DNA of 53,428 nucleotides from Thermoplasmatota archaeon (GTDB lineage Archaea; Thermoplasmatota; Thermoplasmata; Thermoplasmatales; Thermoplasmataceae), in the NCBI GenBank assembly GCA_023487765.1, contig JAMDBW010000052.1, forward strand, positions 1-53,428. The letters run 5' to 3'. Positions 19,488 through 28,948 of the stretch are shown piece by piece. The position numbers were made by a program, and so were the translations under genes. A model generated the notes under the pieces. It was given only the letters and a program-made list of their open reading frames with translations, was not told the origin of the DNA and ran no database searches. Positions within the stretch are counted from its first letter, which is position 1. Each line of letters begins with the position of its first letter.

Positions 19488-20147
19488 TTGGAAACTGGCT
19501 TGACAAAAAAATCACAGATATTGTGGAATGCCTCCGATCCGGTGTTCCGGTCGATACTGGCTCATCCTTTCATAGAAGGCCTGAAGAATGAGTCACTGGC
19601 GGAAAATGCCTTCAAATTTTATATTCTGCAGGATTCCATATATCTCAGATATTTCGGGAAGATATTGCAAAAAATCTCGCTGGATTCCAGTGATCCAGTC
19701 ACATCAGCGGTCTTCAGGAAACATTATGAGGCCTCACTGCTCGTGGAGAAAGGCCTGCATGAGAGTTACCTGAAATCGTGGAACCTTTCCAGGGACTTCG
19801 TGAAGCAGTCCCAGGACAATCTCTCCTACATATCATTTCTGGAATATACATCAAAATACGGTACCATGGCGCAAAGGATATCATCCGTGCTCCCCTGTTA
19901 CTGGATATATCTTGAGGTCGGAAAGCATCTGGCTTCAACAGTGAAACCGGAAAACAGGTTCTACTCCTGGATAAAGACATACGGATCCAATGAGAACTAC
20001 GAGAACTCCGTTCGGGAAGTCATCAGCATATTTGACGCAATGAACATAGAAAGCGGGGAGATGACGGAATGCATAAGCACCTTCAGGACAGCCTCTGTCT
20101 ATGAATACCTGTTCTGGGACAGTGCCTGCAGGAATCCCATGCCGTGA
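19488..20147 (+). CDS. tenA: TenA family thiaminase II/aminopyrimidine aminohydrolase (Cys type)
   Basis: HPFI, YILQDSIYL, LPCYWIY, WIKTY and YEYLFW motifs. Confidence 0.92.
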   Translation: METGLTKKSQILWNASDPVFRSILAHPFIEGLKNESLAENAFKFYILQDSIYLRYFGKILQKISLDSSDPVTSAVFRKHYEASLLVEKGLHESYLKSWNLSRDFVKQSQDNLSYISFLEYTSKYGTMAQRISSVLPCYWIYLEVGKHLASTVKPENRFYSWIKTYGSNENYENSVREVISIFDAMNIESGEMTECISTFRTASVYEYLFWDSACRNPMP

Positions 20148-20219
20148 GACGCTGCTGTAACAGGATTGCAATTTTTTGAAAATAGTGTTACATCACTTAT
20201 TTATAGCAAATTTGAATGA

Positions 20220-20840
20220 TTGCGAAGGTCATATTTCATGATAAGGTTCGATTTCTACGATGATGGCAATTTGAGCGGGATGCCATTCAAAAGCAAAATC
20301 CCCGGAGATCACCAGAGTGCGGGAAAACCCGCAGGCATTGCCGGAAACTTGCAGGACCCACCATTTTACGGTTCGCTGGACAGGAAGATGGATTTTGACG
20401 CAATATTTTCTGTCGTCAAGACATCGGTGAAAGCTGCCACGGGCAGGGAAAGATCCGGAATCGGACTGGCCATGTCGGATTTGCCTGCCACTCTCGGGGC
20501 TTTCTGGCAGATAGGAGGCAATTACATAGTTATGAACGAAGTCCTGGTCCATGCAATGTCAGAAATGGCATCAGGCACGACAGAGTTCAATTCATACGTT
20601 TACATGATACTGACCCACGAATATCTGCATTCTCTTGGTTTTACTGACGAAATGGAGGCGAGGAGGATGACCGCAATGGTCGCCGCAAAGTCGTTCGGGG
20701 AGAACCATCCTGCTTTTACCATGAGCAATGGTGATCTGTGGACCCTTTACCCGGGCCTGAGGAATCTCATCGGCGGGCGGGGGGAAAATATAAGGATCAT
20801 AAACAACTTCGACAGTTCAGCTACCTCGTACATAGCCTGA
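20220..20840 (+). CDS. Putative zincin metallopeptidase-like protein
   Basis: THEYLHSLG (HExxH) followed by a downstream Glu; the true start may be 20238 or 20280. Confidence 0.6.
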   Translation: MRRSYFMIRFDFYDDGNLSGMPFKSKIPGDHQSAGKPAGIAGNLQDPPFYGSLDRKMDFDAIFSVVKTSVKAATGRERSGIGLAMSDLPATLGAFWQIGGNYIVMNEVLVHAMSEMASGTTEFNSYVYMILTHEYLHSLGFTDEMEARRMTAMVAAKSFGENHPAFTMSNGDLWTLYPGLRNLIGGRGENIRIINNFDSSATSYIA

Positions 20841-20870
20841 ATCAATTGATTTTCTATGCGGGTTCAGGAA

Positions 20871-21722
20871 TCAGGACCTTTTTCCACCCGTGATCTTCCG
20901 GAGATCATTCCACTGTTCATCTGTCACGCCTGAGAGAAAGTTGAACTGCCCGGAAGACGCGACAAATTCCCCGCCGTCAATTATTACGGCCTCTCCGTTT
21001 ATGAATGAGGCCTGGTCAGATATAAGGAATGACGCAAGGTTTGCCAGTTCTTCCGGAGTTCCGAATCTGCCTGCCGGAATCTTCTCCCTCATTTTGCCGG
21101 AAAGGTCAGGCGTTGGAGCCAGTCTGCTCCAGGCACCTTCCGTAGGAAATGCTCCGGGAGCAATTGCCACGTGTCGAATTCCATGCTTCCCCCACTCTGC
21201 AGCCAGGGATCTTGTCACCGCCAGAACACCTGCTTTAGCGGCAGCTGAAGGAACCACATATCCGGAACCTGAAAATGCATACGTCGTTACGATGTTGAGA
21301 ACCGTGCCCTTGATCTTTCCCTCAATCCATCTCTTTCCCATTTCTATGGTGCAGTACATCGTTCCGTGCAAAACAATGTCGAGAATACTGTCAACTGCAT
21401 TTGGCGAAAGTTTTTCGGTCGGGCTTATAAAATTCCCGGCAGCATTGTTGATAAGCACGTTTATTCCGCCGAGTTCTCTTTCAATTTTGTTCACGGCCGC
21501 TTTAATTTCATCAGGTTTTCTGACGTCTCCCACGGCATAGCCTGATTTTATCCCCCTGGACTCGAATTCTTCATGTGCCAGTTTCAGGTTCTCTTCCTTT
21601 CTGCTCATGATACCGACGCCGGCACCCAGTTCTCCGAATCGGAGAGCCATCGCTCTGCCAAGCCCGGTAGCTCCTCCTGTTATGAGTATGACCTTGTTTT
21701 CAAGAAGGCGATCCTTGAACAT
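20871..21722 (-). CDS. SDR oxidoreductase, 2,4-dienoyl-CoA reductase-like
   Basis: TGGATGLG, NNAAGNF, SAAAKAG and IAPG motifs. Confidence 0.9.
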   Translation of the reverse strand: MFKDRLLENKVILITGGATGLGRAMALRFGELGAGVGIMSRKEENLKLAHEEFESRGIKSGYAVGDVRKPDEIKAAVNKIERELGGINVLINNAAGNFISPTEKLSPNAVDSILDIVLHGTMYCTIEMGKRWIEGKIKGTVLNIVTTYAFSGSGYVVPSAAAKAGVLAVTRSLAAEWGKHGIRHVAIAPGAFPTEGAWSRLAPTPDLSGKMREKIPAGRFGTPEELANLASFLISDQASFINGEAVIIDGGEFVASSGQFNFLSGVTDEQWNDLRKITGGKRS

Positions 21723-21801
21723 AGGTGGATGAGGTGGCAGAAGCTTAAGGAATTTGTTAAGCGATTAAAATTTCAAGTTTTGAATTACGAGGAAAAATGA
21801 A

Positions 21802-22389
21802 TTACGGGATCACTGAAATTTTGCCGTACATCCCGTTCTGCGCGTGCCCAGGATATGTGCACAGATACCACAGAGTCCCGGTGCTGCTGAAAGTGGAAGT
21901 CATATTGTAGTAGTTGAGGTTTCCGCCGGAACCCGGTGAAAGCATCATGGACGATCCATACATCCCGGTATTTCCCCCGCCCATCATTCCCGAACCGGAC
22001 ATGTAAGTGTAGGGCGGAGACGCTGAAGTTATGACAAAGTTGTGACTGGCATCGCTGTCAACGTTGACTACTACGAACTTTAACTCGACTCCCTGCTTCA
22101 CGACGATTTCAGGATTAATCATGCCGGAGATTTCGAAGGAGTACATCGAGACGTTTGCTTTCATGGGGCCTGTTTCAACCAGTATTGTTGCCGGGCCGGA
22201 TACGTATATACTATTGGCAGTTCCGTTCACGGATATATTGGCTTCAGGGACAGCGAGTGCGGACAACTGACCCTGACTCATGTATCCGTACTGTTCCGGG
22301 GCGCTCGTCGGATATACAAAGAATGAAGCGGCAGCTACGATGATGAGCAGAGCCACTGAGGCCAGAGCAAATGCCTTGTATGTGTTCAT
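21802..22389 (-). CDS. Membrane-anchored blue copper protein (rusticyanin/sulfocyanin-like)
   Basis: N-terminal TM, INPEI.V, HNF, and type-1 Cu ligands in WYLCTYPGHAQNGMYGKI. Confidence 0.85.
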   Translation of the reverse strand: MNTYKAFALASVALLIIVAAASFFVYPTSAPEQYGYMSQGQLSALAVPEANISVNGTANSIYVSGPATILVETGPMKANVSMYSFEISGMINPEIVVKQGVELKFVVVNVDSDASHNFVITSASPPYTYMSGSGMMGGGNTGMYGSSMMLSPGSGGNLNYYNMTSTFSSTGTLWYLCTYPGHAQNGMYGKISVIP

Positions 22390-22390
22390 G

Positions 22391-22747
22391 TCAGTTCCCC
22401 CTCAGTTCCTTGAGCTTTTCGCGATACTCATTCTCGTTTATTTCTCCCCTGGCATACCTTCTCCTGAGTATTTCCATGGCATCAGGCTCTCCATGATCTC
22501 GTGCAAATCCAGTTTCGTGTACGCTTTCAGTCAGGAAATATATGAAGAGGAATATGACCAGTACCGAAACGACTGCCATTACCGGCATGAAAATATACAT
22601 TCCATAGTACGGGTATCCTCCCATCATTCCGTAGCCTGCCGGAGTGGTACTTCCCCTGTACAGCAACTGGGGAATCAGGCTAAGCACCGCGATTATGGCG
22701 ATGATTCCAATTATGACCCAGATCAATTTCTCTGTCTGATTTCTCAT
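22391..22747 (-). CDS. Two-TM membrane protein with a C-terminal SHOCT domain
   Basis: AMEILRRRYARGEINENEY SHOCT signature and a YGMMGG loop. Confidence 0.85.
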   Translation of the reverse strand: MRNQTEKLIWVIIGIIAIIAVLSLIPQLLYRGSTTPAGYGMMGGYPYYGMYIFMPVMAVVSVLVIFLFIYFLTESVHETGFARDHGEPDAMEILRRRYARGEINENEYREKLKELRGN

Positions 22748-22771
22748 AAAGTTAAGTATGCTGAAAAAGCT

Positions 22772-22804
22772 GATAACCGTTATCTGAAATGCATTTCATG
22801 AAAT
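22772..22804. promoter_or_regulatory. Clustered palindromes, candidate operator
   Basis: GATAAC-C-GTTATC (22772-22784), TGAAATGCATTTCA (22785-22798) and ATTTCATGAAAT (22793-22804). Confidence 0.5.
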
Positions 22805-22809
22805 TGTTT

Positions 22810-23352
22810 TCATCGCATTTCAAGCAGGATTTCATTGGTCATGCCGTGTCTTTTTCTCTCCACCAGCCCCTTGTTTTCCAGTGAAATAAGTATTCGTGTC
22901 ACAGTGGGACCGGACATGTTAACCTCCCTGACAATGGAGTTCTGCAGCATCCGTCCGCCATTCTTCCTGAGAATTTCCAGTATGAGTTCTTCGTTCTGGT
23001 TCAGGCCGGGCACCGTTACCTGTCCGCCATTCTTCACTTCACGGCTTGCGGTGCCGGCGCGGGCCGGCTGTTCAGTCCTGGAAGAAATGAATTTTCTGTA
23101 ACCCCGGAGGGTCCCCATAGCCGAGAAGTAAAGCGTGACCAGGTTTGTTATAACAATAACCGAGTACAACAGTTCTTCCAGAGGCTGGAAGCCGTTCATC
23201 AGGAAACCGACCACCAGGAAAACGGAAGTTGAAACTGCCAGGGATAGAAGTGCAAAAACCGTAATTATGGCGAACAGTACAAGTGTCAACTGGTCACTGT
23301 CTTTACCGATCCGCATTCTGGTGTTGCTATCCGTTTCAGGCATATTTACCAT
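22810..23352 (-). CDS. Membrane-anchored winged-helix transcriptional regulator
   Basis: Two TM helices followed by a MarR-like wHTH (LNQNEELIL..GG..LQ..S.PTVTRIL..LE.KGLVERKRHG.TN). Start moved to the ATG just downstream of the glycosyltransferase gene. Confidence 0.8.
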   Translation of the reverse strand: MVNMPETDSNTRMRIGKDSDQLTLVLFAIITVFALLSLAVSTSVFLVVGFLMNGFQPLEELLYSVIVITNLVTLYFSAMGTLRGYRKFISSRTEQPARAGTASREVKNGGQVTVPGLNQNEELILEILRKNGGRMLQNSIVREVNMSGPTVTRILISLENKGLVERKRHGMTNEILLEMR

Positions 23353-23371
23353 GCGCACTGGCATGCATGAA

Positions 23372-24487
23372 CTATTTTCTGTCGCGGATAAGGTGTTCGT
23401 ATATGCCGAAAAGACGGTCACAGTGTTTCTGTTTACTGAAATTGGCAGTGGCGAAATTCCTGGCACCGTCATTCAGTTCCAGAAGGTCATTCCTTCTGTT
23501 CTTCAGCCCGGATATCTTCTCGGCAATATTGCGTGGATCGGTGAAATCCATTCCAACTATGCCCGACGTACCTATGCCGTCGTACTGGATCAATGGAAAA
23601 TCCTGAGGGACAATTGCCGGAACTCCAGAGGCCAGGGCTTCCAGTACAGATATGCCGAAGGTGTCGGTGTTGGACGGATATATGAACAGCTTTGCAGAAG
23701 AGAGCAGATCTATCTTCATCGGTTCGTCTACATATCCTGTAAGGGAAACACTTTTTTCCAGGCCCCTGCTTATAATTTCCTTCCTGAGATTTATTTCTTC
23801 AGGCCCGGTTCCGGAAATTACAAACTTGATTCCGGAATCCTCTCTGAGATAATGTGCAACGTCCAGGACCCTGAAGACCCCCTTATCCCTGGTTATCCTT
23901 CCGAGAAACTGCACAGTGAAACCGTTCTGCAACTTATCAAGTGCATTGAACCGGTCTGTATCAACAAATAATGGGAGTTCTTCCGCATTTTCCACGCCAT
24001 TCGACCTGAGGTAATCTCTGGTTTTTATGCTGGGTGCGAGAACTGCGTCGCATCTCCTGTAAAGATAGAGGTTATATTTCCATGTAAGGTTGAACAGCGT
24101 GTTCCTGAATGGCATATTCACCGATTCCTTCATCTGGATGAAATCAGTGTGGAAAGTGGCAACGGCCGGGATGTCCAGGGCCTTGGAAAGACGGAAGCCG
24201 ATGGATCCCATGAACGGATCATGGATGTGTATTATGTCAAACCCTATCTTGCGGGCTAGCCTGTACATGGAAACAGGAAACGGATTGATCGGGAAACTGT
24301 ACTGCGTATACAGCGGAAAAGGCAGCGTCGGAGGTATGTGTACATTATTCTCTTTCCTGTCTCCGGTATAGGAAAAAACGTGAACTTCGTGCCCTCTTCT
24401 CTCCATCTCAAGCTTCACGTCTTTGAGATAATGTGAAACACCGTCCGGGGTAGGATAATACGTAGTTGTAAAGAGGCCTATTTTCAT
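23372..24487 (-). CDS. Glycosyltransferase family 4
   Basis: TYYPTPDGV, IHIHDPF, FHTDF, GRITRDKG and DTFGISVLEALASG motifs. Confidence 0.92.
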   Translation of the reverse strand: MKIGLFTTTYYPTPDGVSHYLKDVKLEMERRGHEVHVFSYTGDRKENNVHIPPTLPFPLYTQYSFPINPFPVSMYRLARKIGFDIIHIHDPFMGSIGFRLSKALDIPAVATFHTDFIQMKESVNMPFRNTLFNLTWKYNLYLYRRCDAVLAPSIKTRDYLRSNGVENAEELPLFVDTDRFNALDKLQNGFTVQFLGRITRDKGVFRVLDVAHYLREDSGIKFVISGTGPEEINLRKEIISRGLEKSVSLTGYVDEPMKIDLLSSAKLFIYPSNTDTFGISVLEALASGVPAIVPQDFPLIQYDGIGTSGIVGMDFTDPRNIAEKISGLKNRRNDLLELNDGARNFATANFSKQKHCDRLFGIYEHLIRDRK

Positions 24488-24556
24488 GTTTCAGGACATC
24501 CGGTTAATTCGAGACGATACTTAAATTATGCATGAAATAACGAAATCACTTCGTCG

Positions 24557-24778
24557 TTATTTGAAAAGGTCATATTTTATCGAAACGTCCCTCCAGTTCT
24601 CTGGAGGTATCTGGAAATCTTTGCAGATTTGCGGGACTTCTACCCCTTTCCTCAGGAGTTTCCTGATAACTCTCGCTTCCTTTTTAGTCAGTTCTTTCAA
24701 AGCTTCACCCCGGATGTGCTCATATAATATACGCTGCAGTGATTTTAATCTTTCACCGGAAAGTCGGATGCAATTCAC
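24557..24778 (-). CDS. Small basic hypothetical protein, possibly HTH-like
   Basis: 73-aa ORF filling the intergenic gap with an amphipathic helical pattern. Confidence 0.45.
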   Translation of the reverse strand: MNCIRLSGERLKSLQRILYEHIRGEALKELTKKEARVIRKLLRKGVEVPQICKDFQIPPENWRDVSIKYDLFK

Positions 24779-24885
24779 GACGGACGGGTAAAGTCCTTGT
24801 AAAATAAATTGTCACCGGACTTGCAAATGCAGGAATTCAGACCTCAATAAGATTTATTAGGCAACATCAGGTTATATAGTCCAGT

Positions 24886-27441
24886 ATGGGAAAACTTACG
24901 GGTCTAATTCTGGGAGTTAGTGCTGCACTCTTCATGGCATACTACGTACTGGCTTCGGCCTATGTGCAGTTAACAGACTGGTTAAGTCCCGTATTGGGCC
25001 CGTCGTTTTCCCTAATGCTGTCGCTTCTGTACCTGCTCCTGGGAAATCCCGTGAATCATCCGGTTCTCTTCGCTGTGTGGATCACCGTGGGTGCCGTCAC
25101 AGGGATAGGGGCAAGGAGGGGCGGAAGAGCGGCAGGGGCTGCTTTCACCACTTATATGATTATCTGGTCATTCCTGTCACTGACAGTGATGTCCATGCTT
25201 CTCGGCGCCGGTCTTGGTTCTCCTTCGGGAACGGGGTTCGCAGGAGGCATCGGAGGGTTTCCGCCGCTTCCGCCCGGAACCAGCATATCATCTATTCTGA
25301 CGGAACCTCTTATGCAAAGGCTGATCCAGTTGTTTGGCATGATTGGAAGCCTGTCCGGATTAACCGGACTCCCGCTGACCAGCTATGGTTCCCCGGCTCT
25401 CACCGGTAGCGTCCTGACACCTGTTGCGGGCCTTATTCCGGGCATAATATCACTTTTTCTCCCTTACCTCATCTTAAACTTCGTGATACTGGTACTGACT
25501 GCATACTTCACGGGAAGGGTACTGCACCTCATCATTGAACCGCGGGGACAGAACGGAAACGGCGGGAATCACAATGGAAGGGAAAAGAAAAAATCGCAGA
25601 AAGTCAGGAAAGTCAGGGTGAAAAGAGTCAGGCAGGCACGCTATGCTATGTTCGTAGCATCCCTGTTCGTTTTCTCAGCCATTGCGCTTCAGCTGGGAAA
25701 TGCCGGATATGCCCAGATCGACTCTTCGGGACTGGCACACGCAGTACATTACAACTCGGATTCCGTAGCAGCAGGCTCGCCGGGAAACACTTCGGCAGAC
25801 ACTTACCTTAACCTGTTCAAGACCCTAAGCACCGTAGGCCCGAACACTGTCAATACAACGCGGATCGGAAACCAGACCCAGCTGTATTACTCTTCAGGCA
25901 TTGTGGGAACCTACGGGAACGTTTACAACACGTACGGATTCCTCGGTGAGTTAAACTCGACAACCGGGTGGGAAGCTTCACAGCAGGCTAAATCTTCCCT
26001 GTTCACAATAGTCGCGGTATCTGACAACTTAAGCTCCCTGATCAGCGGCATCTCGCAAAACGGACTGTCAGCCGGATCATCATCTACTGCAGGCAATTTC
26101 CTTGGAGCCATACCACGGCTGGTGATCATAAGTGCATATTCCGGAAATCAGGCGCAGACAGAGCCATCCGCCAACAGCGTGGCGGTACAGATCGTAAACG
26201 CAACTGGAGGACACAGCCTCATCAAGCTGTTATCGTTTACAGGCGGAAACGGGCTATTCGGTGCATCCGGCGGCAATGTATCCATATACATATATTCAGC
26301 TGATGCCAGTCTGTATCCCGCAGAAAACGGTCTAGCCGGGCAAATGAGCACCAGTTTCAACGGCAGTGGAATACTGGACCTTTTCAGGAACGGAATGTCT
26401 TCCGGATATCTCGTGCCGGGTTACACGCCAGCCAGCGTTGACGCGTCATTCTTCATTTCCGGAGTGATCAACGTCCGGAATCTCAGCCTTCCGATCCCCT
26501 CATTCTCCGGCGTCCAGCTTAACAGCAGCGTGGTAAAATACACCAATGTTGCATTCATGGGTGGATTTTTCAACAAAAACTATGTTTTACACTCATCTTC
26601 ATCCCGGCACAATATCAGCGCGGCCGCTATTTTCGATTACAAAGGAAATATTACTTTTGCAAATCCGTCCGTGGTATATGCACTGAGCCTGGCGTATCCG
26701 AACGAAACCTCCAGCGGCTCGGGATCGCTTTCAGGCATATACCGGATATTTACATTCACCACAATACCGGGAAACAACAACACGACCAGCGTGACTGGAA
26801 ATAACACAGTTATAGTGAAACCATACGGTTCAGCGATAAACCTGTCAAACCTGACCATTGAAACCAACGCGACGTTCCCTGCAAATATGCCGATCACGAT
26901 ATCGGTAAATATGACCAATAAAACCGCAGCCAGGATCATTACAACTGTCACGGTGAATGACAGCGACACTGTGACAAACTTGAGTATAAACCAAAGCAGT
27001 ATACTGTCTTCCTACAGTTCCTCTGTCATGTTGACATCCGGCAAAATTTCGTCGGGAAATATATCTTCACTTGGCCCGAATCAAAGTGTGCAGCTCAAAT
27101 TCGAGCTTTATTTTAAGAATCCGGGATCTTACGTTATCCTGAGCCCCATGGTCACATATACCATGAACAACAGAACTTTCACGGTTACCGGGAGTCCGCA
27201 GGTTGTTGCTATAGCCAACCCTCCCCTGATCACGAGCATAAACAATATGGAGAAAAACTCGGCAGCGGTAATATCAACGGTGATACATAACCGCATTCTG
27301 ACTGAACAGATATTCCCCGGCTTCTACGTGTTCGACCTGATACCTCTGCTGATAGTCCTGGTGGATATCCGCATAGAATACAAGTCATTCAGGAAATGGC
27401 TTATGCTGAGAAAAGGGCAGACGGGACAGCTACCACCGTGA
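24886..27441 (+). CDS. Large multi-TM membrane protein with a big glycosylated extracellular region
   Basis: Several N-terminal TMs, a basic loop (KVRKVRVKRVR), about 550 aa of S/T/N-rich beta-type sequence and a C-terminal TM. Confidence 0.75.
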   Translation: MGKLTGLILGVSAALFMAYYVLASAYVQLTDWLSPVLGPSFSLMLSLLYLLLGNPVNHPVLFAVWITVGAVTGIGARRGGRAAGAAFTTYMIIWSFLSLTVMSMLLGAGLGSPSGTGFAGGIGGFPPLPPGTSISSILTEPLMQRLIQLFGMIGSLSGLTGLPLTSYGSPALTGSVLTPVAGLIPGIISLFLPYLILNFVILVLTAYFTGRVLHLIIEPRGQNGNGGNHNGREKKKSQKVRKVRVKRVRQARYAMFVASLFVFSAIALQLGNAGYAQIDSSGLAHAVHYNSDSVAAGSPGNTSADTYLNLFKTLSTVGPNTVNTTRIGNQTQLYYSSGIVGTYGNVYNTYGFLGELNSTTGWEASQQAKSSLFTIVAVSDNLSSLISGISQNGLSAGSSSTAGNFLGAIPRLVIISAYSGNQAQTEPSANSVAVQIVNATGGHSLIKLLSFTGGNGLFGASGGNVSIYIYSADASLYPAENGLAGQMSTSFNGSGILDLFRNGMSSGYLVPGYTPASVDASFFISGVINVRNLSLPIPSFSGVQLNSSVVKYTNVAFMGGFFNKNYVLHSSSSRHNISAAAIFDYKGNITFANPSVVYALSLAYPNETSSGSGSLSGIYRIFTFTTIPGNNNTTSVTGNNTVIVKPYGSAINLSNLTIETNATFPANMPITISVNMTNKTAARIITTVTVNDSDTVTNLSINQSSILSSYSSSVMLTSGKISSGNISSLGPNQSVQLKFELYFKNPGSYVILSPMVTYTMNNRTFTVTGSPQVVAIANPPLITSINNMEKNSAAVISTVIHNRILTEQIFPGFYVFDLIPLLIVLVDIRIEYKSFRKWLMLRKGQTGQLPP

Positions 27442-27719
27442 CATGACGAGGTACGGTTGCGGACAGCACACAAAGGTCCAGTGACTGAACAGGCATCGCC
27501 GGGTCTATCCTGACGGCTAAAACTGAAATATAGGCCGCGGCCTCGTTTATCATTGTAGAGTGACTGATGTTTCCAGTATTATTCAAGGATACAGGTTGAA
27601 TCTCCTATAGAATTCAACGTCAGTATTTACCTTCCCCGGTTCAGCCTTTCTCCCGTATTTTTGTGACTCTCCAGGCTGGTAAACCAGACATGACTGCAAG
27701 CATCACATTTTGAAAACGT

Positions 27720-28139
27720 CTATTGCAGATATACTGCCGAGATCAAAAAAGCACCCTCAGGTTTTCCAAAGAAATTACCATCGGGGTAGACAGTTAGCTC
27801 ATACCTTTCGTTGCTGTACGTATGAAAACAAAAGCTCCATTCATCATTACCGAAATATCGAAGCCGGCACAGATGAACGGGAGTATTTCTGAGGCGCTCA
27901 GCATACTCTTCCAGCGTTTCCGGCCAGTCTTTTGAAAGCGGCAGATCATATACTTCATGCTCCTGATATGCATCGATGTAGCAGAAACAACCTCTGAACC
28001 GGATGTCCAGGCGCGTATACTTTCCTTTGTAATTATCATTCGCGACTTTTTCAATGCGACTTATCACGTCCCTCTTTACAGTTTCCGGAATCGCTATTCC
28101 TCCGGCATTTGGATCAAAGTACCACATTCTGCCTGGCAT
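27720..28139 (-). CDS. Hypothetical protein (accessory block)
   Basis: Aromatic-rich globular ORF (RFRGCFCYIDAY, HLCRLRYFG, HTYSNERYE); start chosen at the ATG after GGAGATGGTGAT. Confidence 0.7.
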   Translation of the reverse strand: MPGRMWYFDPNAGGIAIPETVKRDVISRIEKVANDNYKGKYTRLDIRFRGCFCYIDAYQEHEVYDLPLSKDWPETLEEYAERLRNTPVHLCRLRYFGNDEWSFCFHTYSNERYELTVYPDGNFFGKPEGAFLISAVYLQ

Positions 28140-28185
28140 GATCACCATCTCCGCAAGTCTTGCATCTTCACCACAACAATATGAA

Positions 28186-28758
28186 TCATCTTTCCCATCT
28201 CTCAAAATTACTCTTTACAAACATGTCCATCTCGTCAGGAAGCGAGGGATCCCTGTTTATTTTCCGCCATTCCTCAAGAACCTGCTCGAAGTTATTCTTT
28301 GGAACATCAGTGACCCAGTCCTGAAACTCCGAGGTGGCTTCTACTTCAAATCTGTAAATTCCTTCCAGTATTCCCATACAATGCAATTTGGCTTCCCTGT
28401 AAAGGGAGAGCTTGTGGCATTTTCTCATTTCCTCAAGATAAGGTTCTAATGCTTCCTCAAACATGTCTGATGCCAGCTCGTAAGGATCAATGTACCCATA
28501 TCTCGTCCTTCCTGAGTTTTGCCAGACATCTTCAACCTCAATGCCATTCAGGCTCAAAAAAACTTCATCGGCAATTACATCTGGTTCGATTTCCGAAAGA
28601 TATTCACGTGCAAGTACATTTGCCCGTTTCGAAATATTTGCATCTTCATTTGCAAGCCTTTTCAGAATTTCAAGTCCCTGGCTTGGGCTCAGTTCTTCAA
28701 GAACGCTGCTTTTCCCGGCAGCGGGCGGAGAAGGAAATTTGCCTGTTTTTCCTGTCAT
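28186..28758 (-). CDS. Acidic helical hypothetical protein (accessory block)
   Basis: 190-aa ORF containing SGRTRYGYIDP, co-oriented with its neighbour. Confidence 0.7.
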   Translation of the reverse strand: MTGKTGKFPSPPAAGKSSVLEELSPSQGLEILKRLANEDANISKRANVLAREYLSEIEPDVIADEVFLSLNGIEVEDVWQNSGRTRYGYIDPYELASDMFEEALEPYLEEMRKCHKLSLYREAKLHCMGILEGIYRFEVEATSEFQDWVTDVPKNNFEQVLEEWRKINRDPSLPDEMDMFVKSNFERWER

Positions 28759-28948
28759 ATTTACTTTTTCATGCTCTCAGAGGATTAAATATTTCTCATG
28801 GCATCGAAAACCCGCCTTTTTCAATTTTTGGCAAGGAATGGTATTTTTTCTTCCCGTCGTTATTTTCCGGTCCTCGAAATAGTGGATGTGCTGAGACCAT
28901 AACTTAAGGGGTGTACTGCTTCTATCTATTTTTAAGTATATCAATGGC

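Noticed and set aside
23135..23971. Long antisense ORFs (for example 23135-23971, 16504-17235, 20890-21540, 10944-11576)
   Set aside because: Shadows of well-supported genes on the opposite strand, with no recognisable motifs
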